Positions 10,801 to 20,999 of a stretch of DNA of 64,000 nt are shown here, piece by piece. How positions within the stretch are numbered: position 1 is the first letter of the stretch; each line of letters begins with the position of its first letter. A model generated the notes under the pieces. That model was given only the letters and a program-made list of their open reading frames with translations. It was not told the origin of the DNA and did not search any database. The stretch covers positions 123,975-187,974 of the forward strand of contig JBEKTQ010000002.1 in the NCBI GenBank assembly GCA_049515895.1, in the 5' to 3' direction. The position numbers and the translations under genes are program-made. Source of the DNA: Candidatus Bathyarchaeia archaeon (lineage in GTDB: Archaea; Thermoproteota; Bathyarchaeia; Bathyarchaeales; Bathycorpusculaceae).

Positions 10801-10903
10801 GTTTATGTTATGTTAGTGAAGGCTTAATGTTCACCTACGCTATAACTTTTTCTAAACGGCAAAATTAAAAGGGAACGCTCGCACACTAACTAGCCAACCG
10901 AAG

Positions 10904-11281
10904 ATGAAGGTTATGAGCACACCTGAAGTTAGCATTTCTTATTCGCCGTTCAAAGAAATCGTTGTCATGGAGAAAACACTCTTCAACACGCCTGAAGACA
11001 TAGCAAGATTTACTTCTGTGATAGCAGGCGGCAAATTAGCAGGCCTCTACTGGGTTGAAGGCGTAGTCTTTTTGTATTTTCCCCTTCCAGCCTCAACAAC
11101 CGCAGTGGCTAGAGAACTGCTGGAGAACCGCAAGGTTTACTGGACCTTCGTTGGTTATGCACTCATGCCAAAATACGCGCAGACGATTGAAACGAAAGAG
11201 AAAATGATTGTCCCTGTAGTCGATATTTCATCGGATCCGGTTCTAAAACAGGTTGCTCAATGGCTGAAACTGCAGAAGTAA
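10904..11281 (+). CDS. conserved hypothetical protein (TACK-type)
   Basis: 125-aa ORF, co-oriented upstream of ribK. Confidence 0.75.
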   Translation: MKVMSTPEVSISYSPFKEIVVMEKTLFNTPEDIARFTSVIAGGKLAGLYWVEGVVFLYFPLPASTTAVARELLENRKVYWTFVGYALMPKYAQTIETKEKMIVPVVDISSDPVLKQVAQWLKLQK

Positions 11282-11302
11282 GCCTCGACTGAAGGCTGAT
11301 CT

Positions 11303-11689
11303 TTGCCGCAGATAACCTTCCAGGGCACGATTTTTTCTGGGAACGGCGAAGGACGAAAATTTATTGGTTTGCCATGGGTTAAGCGGCAGATACATGAAAA
11401 ACTCGGTTTTACCCCTTACGCTGGAACACTAAATATCCGCCTAACAAAAGAAAGCGTTCTGCAGAAAGAGATGCTTAGAAAAGCTGAAAAATTCGAGATT
11501 TCCCCAGAGAAAGGTTACTGCACAGGAATTCTAATTGTGGCGTGCATTGAAGAGTTGAATTGCGCGATAGTGCAGCCCCAAGTACCCAGCTACCCTAAAG
11601 ACGTGTTAGAGGTTGTTGCCACTTGGAATCTGCGGAAACGGTTCAAACTGGTGGACGGCAGTGAAGTTTGCGTTGTTGTTACGTTGTAG
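11303..11689 (+). CDS. ribK: CTP-dependent riboflavin kinase
   Basis: SGNGEG...LGFTPYAGTLN and LEVVA..NLR motifs (DUF120). Confidence 0.9.
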   Translation: MPQITFQGTIFSGNGEGRKFIGLPWVKRQIHEKLGFTPYAGTLNIRLTKESVLQKEMLRKAEKFEISPEKGYCTGILIVACIEELNCAIVQPQVPSYPKDVLEVVATWNLRKRFKLVDGSEVCVVVTL

Positions 11690-13190
11690 TGCCGCATGAT
11701 TTTTTTATAAAAGCGATGCGTTCGTTTACAGCGCCGTTTCTCTCAAGGTATTCGCCGTAAGTTACCAGAGCTTTCATTGCTCGGGCAGCGTCCTCAGGTG
11801 AAGAATACGAGGGCACGCAAAGTCTGTCGAATCTTGAGCGTGTGTAGAGCGCCATTTCTGTCTCGCCGATGTCGCACATCACAATGGGCTTGGTGTACTT
11901 TGATGAGATGTTGACAATGCCGTCAATGTACTTTTCCCGCAGTCCAGGCATGTGGTGGAGCCCAAGCAGAATAATGCCGTCGATTTCTGAGTCTTGAAAC
12001 ATCAGGTCAGCTGAAGTCACAAACTGGTCATCGGTGACTGAGCCGGTGAGATCAACTGGGTTTGATGTTGCAGCAATCTTAAGGATGAGATTTTGGTCTT
12101 TAAGCTCCTGGAACTTCTTTAATGTGTCATCAGAAAAGGGGTTGACCGTTAAGCCTAAAAATTCGCATTCGTCAACGGTCATGACTCCAGGTCCGCCTGC
12201 ATCAGTGAGGATGCCGATGTTTCGGCCTGTAGCTGGAGGCTGCATTGCAAGGGCTTTGCCCATGCCGAAAAACTCGTCCATGTCTCTAGCCCTGATGATT
12301 CCTCCCTGCTCGAAGGCAGCATCATAAATCTTATCTGACCCCGCGATGGCACCTGTGTGCGAGGCTGCAGCTCGGGCGCCTGCGGAGCTTCTGCCAGTTT
12401 TGAGGACGACAACAGGTTTTTTGAGTGTCACTCTTTTTGATATTTCCAAGAACTCTCGCCCATTCTTAACGTCTTCTAAGTAAACCAGCATCACGTGAGT
12501 TTCTTTGTCATAAAGAAGGTAATGAAAAATGTCTGTTTCGTCTACGTCACATTTGTTGCCGAAGCTTACGAATTTGCTTACGCCCATCTGCCGACCTGTC
12601 AAGAAGTCAAGAGCAGCAGATCCGAAGGCACCGCTTTGTGTAATCATCGCGATGTTGCCGGGAATCGGCCTCGGAGTTGCTACAACCTCATCTCCGGTGG
12701 TGAGAATTTTGGTTTCTGGAAGGAAAAGAGTGTCGATACCCGTTTTGGAATAGTAAACGCCTAGGCAGTTAGGTCCCAAGACGCGTATTCCGCCTTTCTT
12801 CGCGATAGCGACCACTTGCTCTTCAAGCTCTACGTTCCCAACTTCCTTGAAGCCAGCACTAATTATGACACAGGCTTTGACGTTTTTTGCAGCGGCTTCC
12901 TCCATTACGCTAGGTACAGCCATCGCTGGAACAATGATTACGATTAAATCCACCTGACCTGGAACCTCGCTTAGGCTTCGGTAACATTTGAAGCCCAAGA
13001 TTGAATCTTCATTCGGATTAACAGGATAAAGTTCTCCTTTGAAAACACCACGCAACTTGCTTGTTGAAAAGTTTTTGAAGATAACGTGACCTGCTTTATC
13101 AATTTTTTTCGTGGCGCCGATTACCGCAACTGACTGAGGATTAAAGAAAGCATCTAACTTCCTTAATGCTTCTTCCATATCACTTTTCAC
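11679..13190 (-). CDS. acdA: acetate--CoA ligase (ADP-forming) alpha subunit
   Basis: SVAVIGA, GPNCLG, QSGA, ASHTGA phospho-His, NPVDLTG motifs. Confidence 0.92.
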   Translation of the reverse strand: MKSDMEEALRKLDAFFNPQSVAVIGATKKIDKAGHVIFKNFSTSKLRGVFKGELYPVNPNEDSILGFKCYRSLSEVPGQVDLIVIIVPAMAVPSVMEEAAAKNVKACVIISAGFKEVGNVELEEQVVAIAKKGGIRVLGPNCLGVYYSKTGIDTLFLPETKILTTGDEVVATPRPIPGNIAMITQSGAFGSAALDFLTGRQMGVSKFVSFGNKCDVDETDIFHYLLYDKETHVMLVYLEDVKNGREFLEISKRVTLKKPVVVLKTGRSSAGARAAASHTGAIAGSDKIYDAAFEQGGIIRARDMDEFFGMGKALAMQPPATGRNIGILTDAGGPGVMTVDECEFLGLTVNPFSDDTLKKFQELKDQNLILKIAATSNPVDLTGSVTDDQFVTSADLMFQDSEIDGIILLGLHHMPGLREKYIDGIVNISSKYTKPIVMCDIGETEMALYTRSRFDRLCVPSYSSPEDAARAMKALVTYGEYLERNGAVNERIAFIKKSCGTTT

Positions 13191-13275
13191 CCTGTAACCT
13201 TATGTTGGCTTCAAAGCCTTGTTTTTATCCGTTACTCTTCGAAAACACAGTTTTCTAATACAAGATTATTTGTCC

Positions 13276-14136
13276 TTATCTATTAACCTTCTTTGCCAAG
13301 GTTTTTCTCACAATGACTAATGGTTTATGCTTGATTTTCGACAGCATCTCCCAGCTTACCCCGTTAACCTCCACTTGAAATCTGGATGCCATATCCCAAA
13401 CCGTCGCGCCTGAACCGGCGCCTCTGGCTCTGTCAGCTATATTGGTAATTGTCAATGCTTGGCTTGCGTGAAGACTTAAACCGGCAACGGCCAATGGCGT
13501 TGAGCTTTTTTTAAGCTTAAGAAACCTCCCTATGACATAGGTCGTAACGCCGCCAAAGGAATTTATCCCCTTCATAGGCTTGGGTCTTGGCGTAAAAAAG
13601 AAATTTCTAAATCTGTAAGTTTTATCAGTATCAGCCATTACTACGCAGACATTTCTCTTCAGATTCAGAAGTATCTGCCCTTGGATTTCAGTTGCCATTT
13701 CAAAAGCGTTTTCCAGAGGCAAAGACACATACGAAAATGGAAGGTTAGAGCCATCTATGCCGCCTTCAGATCCAAACATAAGCGCCTGCAAAACACCTGC
13801 CCGCTCCAAAGCCAACTGTTTATGTCGGCTGCCTGATTCAAGCGGATAATTCCTTAGCCTACCCAACAATCGTTGCCCAAAATGACACATGATTCCAACA
13901 GGATAGCCCCACACAATTCGCATCCAAAACCGTGCTAAAACCCTGGCGGCTAAAGTTGGTTTCACGAGGTTTTCATCGGCTATGTTGCCTTTTGCTGTTG
14001 AGACCGCTTTTTCAGAGATGACCACGAAGTCCCCGTTTTCAAGTTTCTTGTCTAAGGCGTTGATTATTTTGGCGATGTAATCATCCTTTGGTTTCCAGTA
14101 ACTGGTACATACTGCCAACGCATTGTACTTAACCAT
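13276..14136 (-). CDS. F420-0:gamma-glutamyl ligase (CofE)-like protein
   Basis: VVISEKAVS, GGIDGSN, V.MADTD motifs of the F420 ligase fold. Confidence 0.7.
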   Translation of the reverse strand: MVKYNALAVCTSYWKPKDDYIAKIINALDKKLENGDFVVISEKAVSTAKGNIADENLVKPTLAARVLARFWMRIVWGYPVGIMCHFGQRLLGRLRNYPLESGSRHKQLALERAGVLQALMFGSEGGIDGSNLPFSYVSLPLENAFEMATEIQGQILLNLKRNVCVVMADTDKTYRFRNFFFTPRPKPMKGINSFGGVTTYVIGRFLKLKKSSTPLAVAGLSLHASQALTITNIADRARGAGSGATVWDMASRFQVEVNGVSWEMLSKIKHKPLVIVRKTLAKKVNR

Positions 14137-14155
14137 CGGTTCGGCACTTTCACAG

Positions 14156-14435
14156 ATGAAGTTTCCGGCTCAATCTTAATAAAATATCTTGTTTAAAACA
14201 GCTAGACAGAAGCTTGGAACAAGCTACGTCTTTGTTGAAAGCTGCTGGGGAGCAGGAGGATGATTCTGAAGTTAAAGCTGAGATAGCGAGAAGACTATAA
14301 CTGCTTGAGCCTAAGAGAGGTAATCGAATAAAGTGCAGCAACTGTGGAAAGCTCTTTCAACCCAGACGAATAAGAAGGTTCAAGAACACTTTTTGTGAAG
14401 AATGCATGAAGAAAAAGTTTGGAAGCCAAGAATAG
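14156..14435 (+). pseudogene. disrupted small zinc-ribbon protein
   Basis: MKF(+1 frameshift)RLNLNKISCLKQ...EIARRL*LLEPKRGNRIKCSNCGKLF...FCEECMKKKFGSQE*. It carries one frameshift and one internal TAA. Confidence 0.6.
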
Positions 14436-14473
14436 AGGAGACATCTAATAGTTTCCTATTGAAAAAACTGGGG

Positions 14474-14956
14474 TCACGGAAAGCCTTCTATCAGGTCGTA
14501 CAAGTAAGCGTCCCATTCGGTGGATTCCTTTTTAAGAATTCCAAGCAAGTCTTTCAGAACTCTGTGGTGCTTCTTTTCATCTTCCAATATACCCAGAATC
14601 AGTTGCTTAATCTTTTTGTCCTTTACCACTTCACTAATTTCCTTTGCCTGCTTCAACATCTTAGCTTCTTCTGCAATATGACTTACAAGCTCCTTTTCTC
14701 CAATAGCTTCGCTTTCTTTGCCTATAAGCGCACTTGAATTCAAGTCTATAAGCATTTGATAAGTGTCTGAGTGTCTCATTGTATCAAGAATTATGTTGTG
14801 AATAAACAGCTTAATGACGGGGTTTTGCGCTGATTCATACAGTGGAGTGAGCTTTTTAGCAGTCTGATCCTCAAAATCTTTCTGCTGCTTGATTTTGCTA
14901 AGTGATTTTTCATCTAATATTTCCCAAGACAAATAAGTTCCCTCACTAAATTCCAC
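14474..14956 (-). CDS. ferritin-like / rubrerythrin-family four-helix protein
   Basis: DTMRH, EE and DEKKHH motifs. Confidence 0.75.
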   Translation of the reverse strand: MEFSEGTYLSWEILDEKSLSKIKQQKDFEDQTAKKLTPLYESAQNPVIKLFIHNIILDTMRHSDTYQMLIDLNSSALIGKESEAIGEKELVSHIAEEAKMLKQAKEISEVVKDKKIKQLILGILEDEKKHHRVLKDLLGILKKESTEWDAYLYDLIEGFP

Positions 14957-15122
14957 AGGACGATTTCCTTATTAACTTTTTGACCAGTTTCGCAATACAA
15001 AGTGGAAACTTTTAGGGTTATGAAACGCAGATATTCAAGGAGAAAGAATCATCTGAACCCCAAACTTCCTTGAAATCCAAGCTGCTTAAAAAAACCGAAT
15101 GACAGATAGTCTACTTTTGTGA

Positions 15123-15816
15123 TTAACCGACCGCCATTCGCTGCATAAATGTCCCGAGCCATGAGCAGTAGAGCACTTGTCCAGTTTGCCCGTTGATGGT
15201 AATCATGCCATAGATGTTTCCATCTTTAAGCGCTTGCATTATGTAGTACCCGTAGAACGTTGTTACTTGCCCAATTGTAGTTCCAGTGTAGTTGGCGTTT
15301 AGATATTGTTGAGCTACAGTTTCAGCTTGCTCCATTTTGATTGCCATGGTTGTGGTCGGTGTTCCTCTGAGCCAAGTCATCATTCCACCTGTACCCATCA
15401 TTCCTCCACTTGCGCCAGTGGTTAAGTAGCCCATCATGCCTTTGCTATTGAGTCCATATTTGGTGTTCCAAAGCATCATTGCACCTTGTTCGGCTGCAAT
15501 TGCTCCTGTTTTATTGTTGATGGTTAGTTCGAATGCTCCTGCACCCGTATTCTTCTCTACTACCATTACATAGAAGCACTGTGAGTATTGGTCAACCTCT
15601 TTAACTGAAAGATTTGAGTTACCCAACTGAGTTACATAGTTTTGAGCCAACGTTGCAGCATCATTAATTGTCAACGCAGTTCCACTAGTTGAAGGCGTGG
15701 ATTGGAGTTGTCGTTGTCGATGTAGGTATAAATATGAATACGAAGGCTGAGGCAGTTACTAAAGCTACTGCCATTACGGCAACCATTACAATAATTACCG
15801 TTTTCTTTGTGTTCAT
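15123..15816 (-). pseudogene. membrane-anchored PepSY-like protein with Gly/Met-rich linker, frameshifted near 15700
   Basis: The signal-anchor ORF from ATG 15816 (MNTKKTVIIVMVAVMAV...) ends early. The 183-aa ORF (two A..xAQxY repeats, GMMG linker) continues in another frame after a 1-nt insertion. Confidence 0.7.
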
Positions 15817-15857
15817 GTTTTTACTTCTCCCTTAATGCCATAAAGGGCTTGGATTGA

Positions 15858-15892
15858 TTTGACAGTTTGTTGATACAGTTTTGAAACAGTTT
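15858..15892. promoter_or_regulatory. tandem TGAAACAGTTT-like direct repeats (putative regulator sites)
   Basis: TGATACAGTTT (15871) and TGAAACAGTTT (15882) plus one degenerate copy, upstream of the gene starting at 15816. Confidence 0.55.
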
Positions 15893-15921
15893 CTTCTGTG
15901 TTTGGCTTCCAAGCAAGGACC

Positions 15922-16113
15922 TTAGGCAGTTCTTTTTGCTCCGCAATTTGGACATATAGACATAGTCTGAGGAAAAAGCGTGGCACAGTATTTGCATGGA
16001 ACCATTACAACTTTGGGGATTGCCTCTTCTTTGTCATGGTCAGATTCTGTACCACAACCGCACCCACAACCACACACTTCAATCACTCCTTGAAGGTAAC
16101 TTTTGAGATTCAT
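15922..16113 (-). CDS. small Cys-rich protein (CGCGCGC plus zinc ribbon)
   Basis: CGCGCGCG...CKYC...CPNCG. Probably starts at the GTG before CGCGCG, following a GGAGTGA SD. Confidence 0.7.
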   Translation of the reverse strand: MNLKSYLQGVIEVCGCGCGCGTESDHDKEEAIPKVVMVPCKYCATLFPQTMSICPNCGAKRTA

Positions 16114-16415
16114 GGAATTCGACTCATCATCCCTCTACAACCTGATCCTCCAATTGGATATGGGTTTGAAATCGTTGTAGTTGAAGGCGTGCTCGATTGT
16201 GGAGGAGCTGTGACGGCTGGAGCAGAATTATAATATCCTCTCATCATTCCACCGTAACCCATCATTCCCCGATATCCGCTATATGACCTTCCTGTGGAAA
16301 CAGAGTTTGCGGACGTGCCGATGCGCCCACCCGTATAGGCATAAGCCGACGCAATCAACAGTGCAGCAGCCAATGCTACAAGGGTTAATACGGCAACTAA
16401 TTTCAAAGTTTTCAT
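16110..16415 (-). CDS. small secreted Gly/Met-rich protein
   Basis: Signal peptide, GMMGYGGMM and GCRGMM motifs, GAGG SD. Confidence 0.75.
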   Translation of the reverse strand: MKTLKLVAVLTLVALAAALLIASAYAYTGGRIGTSANSVSTGRSYSGYRGMMGYGGMMRGYYNSAPAVTAPPQSSTPSTTTISNPYPIGGSGCRGMMSRIP

Positions 16416-16469
16416 TTTTCAATTTACCTCTACAATACATCTAAAGCTGCGTTTGGTATAGAAGTTGGC

Positions 16470-16513
16470 TGAAACAGTCGTGAAACAGTTTCTTGAACAT
16501 ACTGAAACAATTT
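16470..16513. promoter_or_regulatory. tandem TGAAACAGTTT-like direct repeats (putative regulator sites)
   Basis: TGAAACAGTCG (16470), TGAAACAGTTT (16481), TGAAACAATTT (16503): 11- and 22-bp spacing. Confidence 0.55.
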
Positions 16514-16628
16514 AATTTTATCCTTTGAACCATTAACCTATTCTGAGACTGTGACTTCGTGTTGGTCCAGAAACATTGACTTAAATCAGTCAAGGAACGT
16601 TTACGAATAGCCTTTTATCTCCTTTGGC

Positions 16629-17945
16629 TTGTTAATGCTAACTATGGGTAATATAAGCAAGAGTTTCTCATTGCTTCTTATTCTTGTCTTAGCCGTGTCA
16701 AGTCTAACAATTGTAGCCTCTACTATGCCTATTGGATTAGGTCAAAGTGGCACAAACACAAGCACTGTAATTAGTTCAGACACGACTTGGACGCAAGCGA
16801 ATAGCCCCTACAACATTGAAGGAAATGTTCTGATAAATAATGGGACATTAACGCTGGCAACAGGAACCACATTAAATCTAAATGGCTACATGATAGTGAC
16901 TGGCTCACTAATTATTCAGCAAGGCGTTACAATAAATATACAGAACGCAAGTGGCTACATCCAAGTAGATGGTATTTTGCAGGCATTAGGAACAAACAGT
17001 TCTCCAATCCACATAATTGGCAGTGAAGCCACATTACCAATCATGTTCAACACTACTCCATACTATTCAACAATAACTTTTTCCCAAGAGAGCAGGGGTT
17101 GGAACGAACAAACGTTATCAGGGTCAATAATAGAGAACACAATTTTTAGTTCGACAACGTTAACTATTTCAAGCTCAGTAAAATTTACACAAGATTCTTT
17201 TGCAAATGCTTTGTCAATTGAAGGAGGAACACCAGTAATCACTGGTTGCACAATTGAATCGGGGTTAAGTATCTTAGGTGGAACACCAATCATATCGAAC
17301 AATCAAGTGATGGGAGGAATTACTCTTGAAGGTTCAAGTGCTGTCTTTTCTAATGGGCAAATTACCTATATCGATGATAATTCAATTTCTGGTCAAATAC
17401 TTTATCTTGAATCGCCACTCGCTTCTAACGTTGTGATTGAAAGAAACTTAGTAACGAATAGCAAAGATGCGGCAATTGATATCGCCTTTGCAAATAATGT
17501 TGGTTGCTCAATGATCATAAATAATAATACGATTACGAACAGCGCCGTTGGGATTCAGCTTCATTATGGCTATCCACAATTGATATCAAACAACAATATT
17601 TACGATAATACAGTTAATTTCAAAGTTGATAATAATCACTCATTTAATTGTACAAATAACTGGTGGGGAACGACAGACCAACAGGCAACAGGCAACTCAA
17701 TTTATGATTTTAAATATGATTTTACCTTGGGCACAGTGAACTTTGTTCCTTTCTTGACAGCACCTAATCCAGAGGCAGTGCCTAATATTAATGCCTCAAT
17801 AACAATGCTTAATCCTTCTCCAACTCCTACCGTTCCAGAGTTTCCAACTTTGATAATTCTACCACTTGTTGCATTAGCAATACTGTTATCGATTGTATTT
17901 GTAAGAAAGAGAAATAGCGTAGACAGAATGCCAGTGATTGAATGA
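16629..17945 (+). CDS. secreted parallel beta-helix protein with PEF-CTERM sorting signal
   Basis: WTQANSPY, Asn-ladder repeats, NNWWGT, C-terminal VPEF + TM + RKR. Confidence 0.85.
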   Translation: MLMLTMGNISKSFSLLLILVLAVSSLTIVASTMPIGLGQSGTNTSTVISSDTTWTQANSPYNIEGNVLINNGTLTLATGTTLNLNGYMIVTGSLIIQQGVTINIQNASGYIQVDGILQALGTNSSPIHIIGSEATLPIMFNTTPYYSTITFSQESRGWNEQTLSGSIIENTIFSSTTLTISSSVKFTQDSFANALSIEGGTPVITGCTIESGLSILGGTPIISNNQVMGGITLEGSSAVFSNGQITYIDDNSISGQILYLESPLASNVVIERNLVTNSKDAAIDIAFANNVGCSMIINNNTITNSAVGIQLHYGYPQLISNNNIYDNTVNFKVDNNHSFNCTNNWWGTTDQQATGNSIYDFKYDFTLGTVNFVPFLTAPNPEAVPNINASITMLNPSPTPTVPEFPTLIILPLVALAILLSIVFVRKRNSVDRMPVIE

Positions 17946-18613
17946 ATAAAAAAATGGTGGCTATTGCATTAATACCAATAGCTATAGGATTTTTGCTGAT
18001 TATTATTTCAGTATTAGAATTACAGAACACAACAAACCAAGTTGCAAATGCCTATTGGATCCATTTTTACAAATCTATTGTTCCAATTATTTCTATCTGT
18101 CTTGTAGCAGGGGCATTTCTTGTGGTAATTGGAGGAGTGTACCTAAAAAATATTAGAAACAAGTGGAGCTACTCCTCAATAACTGTGGGGTTCAGCTTAA
18201 TCGCCGTTGAAGCAGCTGAACTGGCTATTACTCTAAAAGGAACACAAGGACCAAGCGGAATAGGTTGGGGTGATTTCCAACAGCATTGGGCACTTAGCTT
18301 CTTTTCAGTCTTGATGGCAGCGTGCTTTCTTATAGTTCTTGGTATAATCCTCGGGTTAAAGACAAAAAACAAACTTGGTTACGTTATGGTAACTGGCGGG
18401 TTTGCCGTAATGCTTGTTGGAGCATCCGTGTTAGCTGCGAATTTGGCGACGAGCCTTGATTATTATCCGCCGAATTATTATTTCAGTCTTCAGGCAGCTT
18501 GGAACACAACTATCTCTTATTTTCTGATAATCGGCGCAATAATAGTAGCTACCGGAACTGGATATTTGATGTGGGCAAGAAATAGAAATCGGCGTAATGC
18601 CACTAAACAGTGA
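17942..18613 (+). CDS. multi-pass membrane protein
   Basis: About six hydrophobic segments; ATGA overlap with the previous gene. Confidence 0.75.
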   Translation: MNKKMVAIALIPIAIGFLLIIISVLELQNTTNQVANAYWIHFYKSIVPIISICLVAGAFLVVIGGVYLKNIRNKWSYSSITVGFSLIAVEAAELAITLKGTQGPSGIGWGDFQQHWALSFFSVLMAACFLIVLGIILGLKTKNKLGYVMVTGGFAVMLVGASVLAANLATSLDYYPPNYYFSLQAAWNTTISYFLIIGAIIVATGTGYLMWARNRNRRNATKQ

Positions 18614-18940
18614 GAAACTGACAGACTCACGGCTATTGAATTCTAGTTTGGGCTCACATAAGAATTCATTAACTAATCCCCGTTATTCCTGATTAACATG
18701 GAAAGACACCTGTTAACAGTTTAAGTCAGGTTTAAAATAATATTGGATTTGCAAGATAGCACAGCTTCCTTCAGGCTAACGATTAGTTTTTCTTTGAAAT
18801 ATACTAGATTTAAAGGTGACTTCAACTCAAATAAGAAGCTTAATAGAAACTCAACCTACACTATTATGCAAACAATAAACTGAAAGTTTATCTATACTTT
18901 GCAAAATAGAAAATCATGTTGCTCATAGGGAGGAAAAGAG

Positions 18941-19462
18941 ACGAATATTCGTATCAAAGAGGGAATAGTCATCCTCGCGGTTACGGTTTTATGTTTATCA
19001 CCTTTGATAGCGCTTGGCTTATTCACAAATGCACAAAAAACCAACCATGGCATTTACAGCACGCGCTTTAGCGGTAATGGAGAAAGCTTCCAGACAAGTG
19101 CAGCCGTAGATCCAGCGTTAAGCAGCTACCTCAACCTTACAGCTGCTGGAAAATCAGGCGCAGGTGGACCGGGGTATAGCTGGAACATCGTAACCGGTAA
19201 TGTCACTTGGATAGGTTCAACTCAGGACCCTGTCAAGTCCTTGCAAAACATTCACTTGGTCGTATACACACGGGTGGACGAAAACTCTTCGATAAGCCCA
19301 AAAACATACATGCTCTACGTTGGAATCCACGTTGAAGTTAATCAAACTGAACCAACAATACTCTCAGATGCTATTGACCATAAAGAAATCATTATTCCTA
19401 CATTGGGTTTGGAAATTCCCAATTATTCCTACAGTTTTAACTGCTCAACTTACGTTGCCTGA
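18941..19462 (+). CDS. membrane-anchored hypothetical protein (probable ACG start)
   Basis: The ORF at 19004 extends in frame to ACG 18941, after a GGAGG SD, which completes the hydrophobic anchor. In-frame TAG at 18926. Confidence 0.55.
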   Translation, partial: TNIRIKEGIVILAVTVLCLSPLIALGLFTNAQKTNHGIYSTRFSGNGESFQTSAAVDPALSSYLNLTAAGKSGAGGPGYSWNIVTGNVTWIGSTQDPVKSLQNIHLVVYTRVDENSSISPKTYMLYVGIHVEVNQTEPTILSDAIDHKEIIIPTLGLEIPNYSYSFNCSTYVA

Positions 19463-20147
19463 AATTCACACTTAATTATCCCGAAAAGGTATGGTTGTTT
19501 CAAACTGAAACATTTTGCGTTATCAATTATAGGCTCTCTTTTATCCCTGCTTCATTTATAGCTGATCTACTACGTTCCACGACAAAACGGATTTTATTTA
19601 CCACAATATAATTCTGCTTTGCCTATTATACTCGTGCCACTGCTCCTTTCTCTCTTAAGCATAATTCTTTTTGCAGCCTCCAAAAATCAATTTTCTTAAG
19701 CAAGAAGCAGTTGCAAATATTATTTTAGTGTTAGGAATAATAATGTCTATTTTCTCCGGCATTCCTTAAGTTATTTTTGCTATATGGGTTTCCGAGTAAT
19801 TGAAGAATTTGCAGTAGCTGAAATGTTTGCAGTAAAAGCCGTTGCAAAGGATTCTTTCATTCTTCAGATTTACACGTGTAATTAGCTTGGACTTTTCTTC
19901 AAAGAATCCATCCGTTGAATGATGTGTCAGCAAAGTCCTAAAAGAATTGTACCAAAGCTTTTGTTCGAAGGATCCTGACCAGATTTCTATGTTTTTCAAT
20001 TCTGCCGAGCCGAAATTCAAAACCATCTCGAACGTCGGTTTCAACAATTTATCGCTATCTGTGTAGCCCGCAACGTAGGAAAATCTTAAAACCACATAAA
20101 ACAAGAAATTAATCCTTGAAATGAAAAGGCGCGGCAGATAGGGAACA

Positions 20148-20885
20148 ATGGTACAGTACGGCAAATATGTAATTTATATGATGCATGATTACCCGTTGGT
20201 ATATGAATTTCTAGGGCGAACAGCTGGTTCTGTGCTCGGAAGGAGGGCGCAAGGATGCGTGAAAACTGAGGAGTTAATAAGCGTTATTTCCAATGTTTTC
20301 GCTCCTTTGAAACCGTTAGGCTGGACGATTAGCCTTCAACAAGTTAAGAGAGAAATTGTTACTCTGCTCGCAATAGTTCGAAAGAAAAATGTTCATTCTA
20401 TGATGGAGATTGGTACTCGGAACGGTGGAACCCTCTTCCTTTTCAGTTGGACACTGCCTTCGGATGCAAAAATCATAAGTTTAGATTTGCCGAGTGCAGA
20501 GTCGCTCAAACGTGGGTACGACCGTTTCAAGACATCTTACTTATCCAGCTTCATACAAAAAGGACAACAATTGACTCTTTTGAGAGGTGATTCCCATCGC
20601 CCCTCAAGCCTTGCGAATGCAAAGTCTACTCTGAAGGGTGAAAAAGTGGACTTTCTTTTCATCGACGGTGACCACACTTACGAAGGGGTCAAAAAAGATT
20701 TTGAAATGTACAGCACGCTGGTGCGTAGAGGCGGCTTAATCGCGTTTCACGACATTTGCGGTCACGACGTAGGCATCAGCGAAGTTGATCGATTCTGGTA
20801 CGAAATAAAAACCGGGTATGACCACTCAGAAATAATTGAAGATCAAAAACAGAATTGGGCCGGCATCGGATTACTCTACGTCTAA
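20148..20885 (+). CDS. class I SAM-dependent methyltransferase (Methyltransf_24 type)
   Basis: MEIGTRNGGT, GDSH, FLFIDGDHTYEGV, GGLIAFHD motifs. Confidence 0.9.
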   Translation: MVQYGKYVIYMMHDYPLVYEFLGRTAGSVLGRRAQGCVKTEELISVISNVFAPLKPLGWTISLQQVKREIVTLLAIVRKKNVHSMMEIGTRNGGTLFLFSWTLPSDAKIISLDLPSAESLKRGYDRFKTSYLSSFIQKGQQLTLLRGDSHRPSSLANAKSTLKGEKVDFLFIDGDHTYEGVKKDFEMYSTLVRRGGLIAFHDICGHDVGISEVDRFWYEIKTGYDHSEIIEDQKQNWAGIGLLYV

Positions 20886-20999
20886 ATCGTTCACTTTGAA
20901 GCAACCCTCTGTTCCGATGCTTTGCATTTTGGTTTTTTGCAACCAGCCGATTTCGTTTCACGCTGAATTGAATGTGAAAGCTGTTTACTGGCTGATTTT

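Noticed and set aside
14296-14302. In-frame TAA as stop-codon recoding
   Set aside because: The same gene also has a frameshift, and TAA terminates many genes here.
19766-20164. 132-aa minus-strand ORF
   Set aside because: No motifs, and it overlaps the methyltransferase start; probably spurious or decayed sequence.
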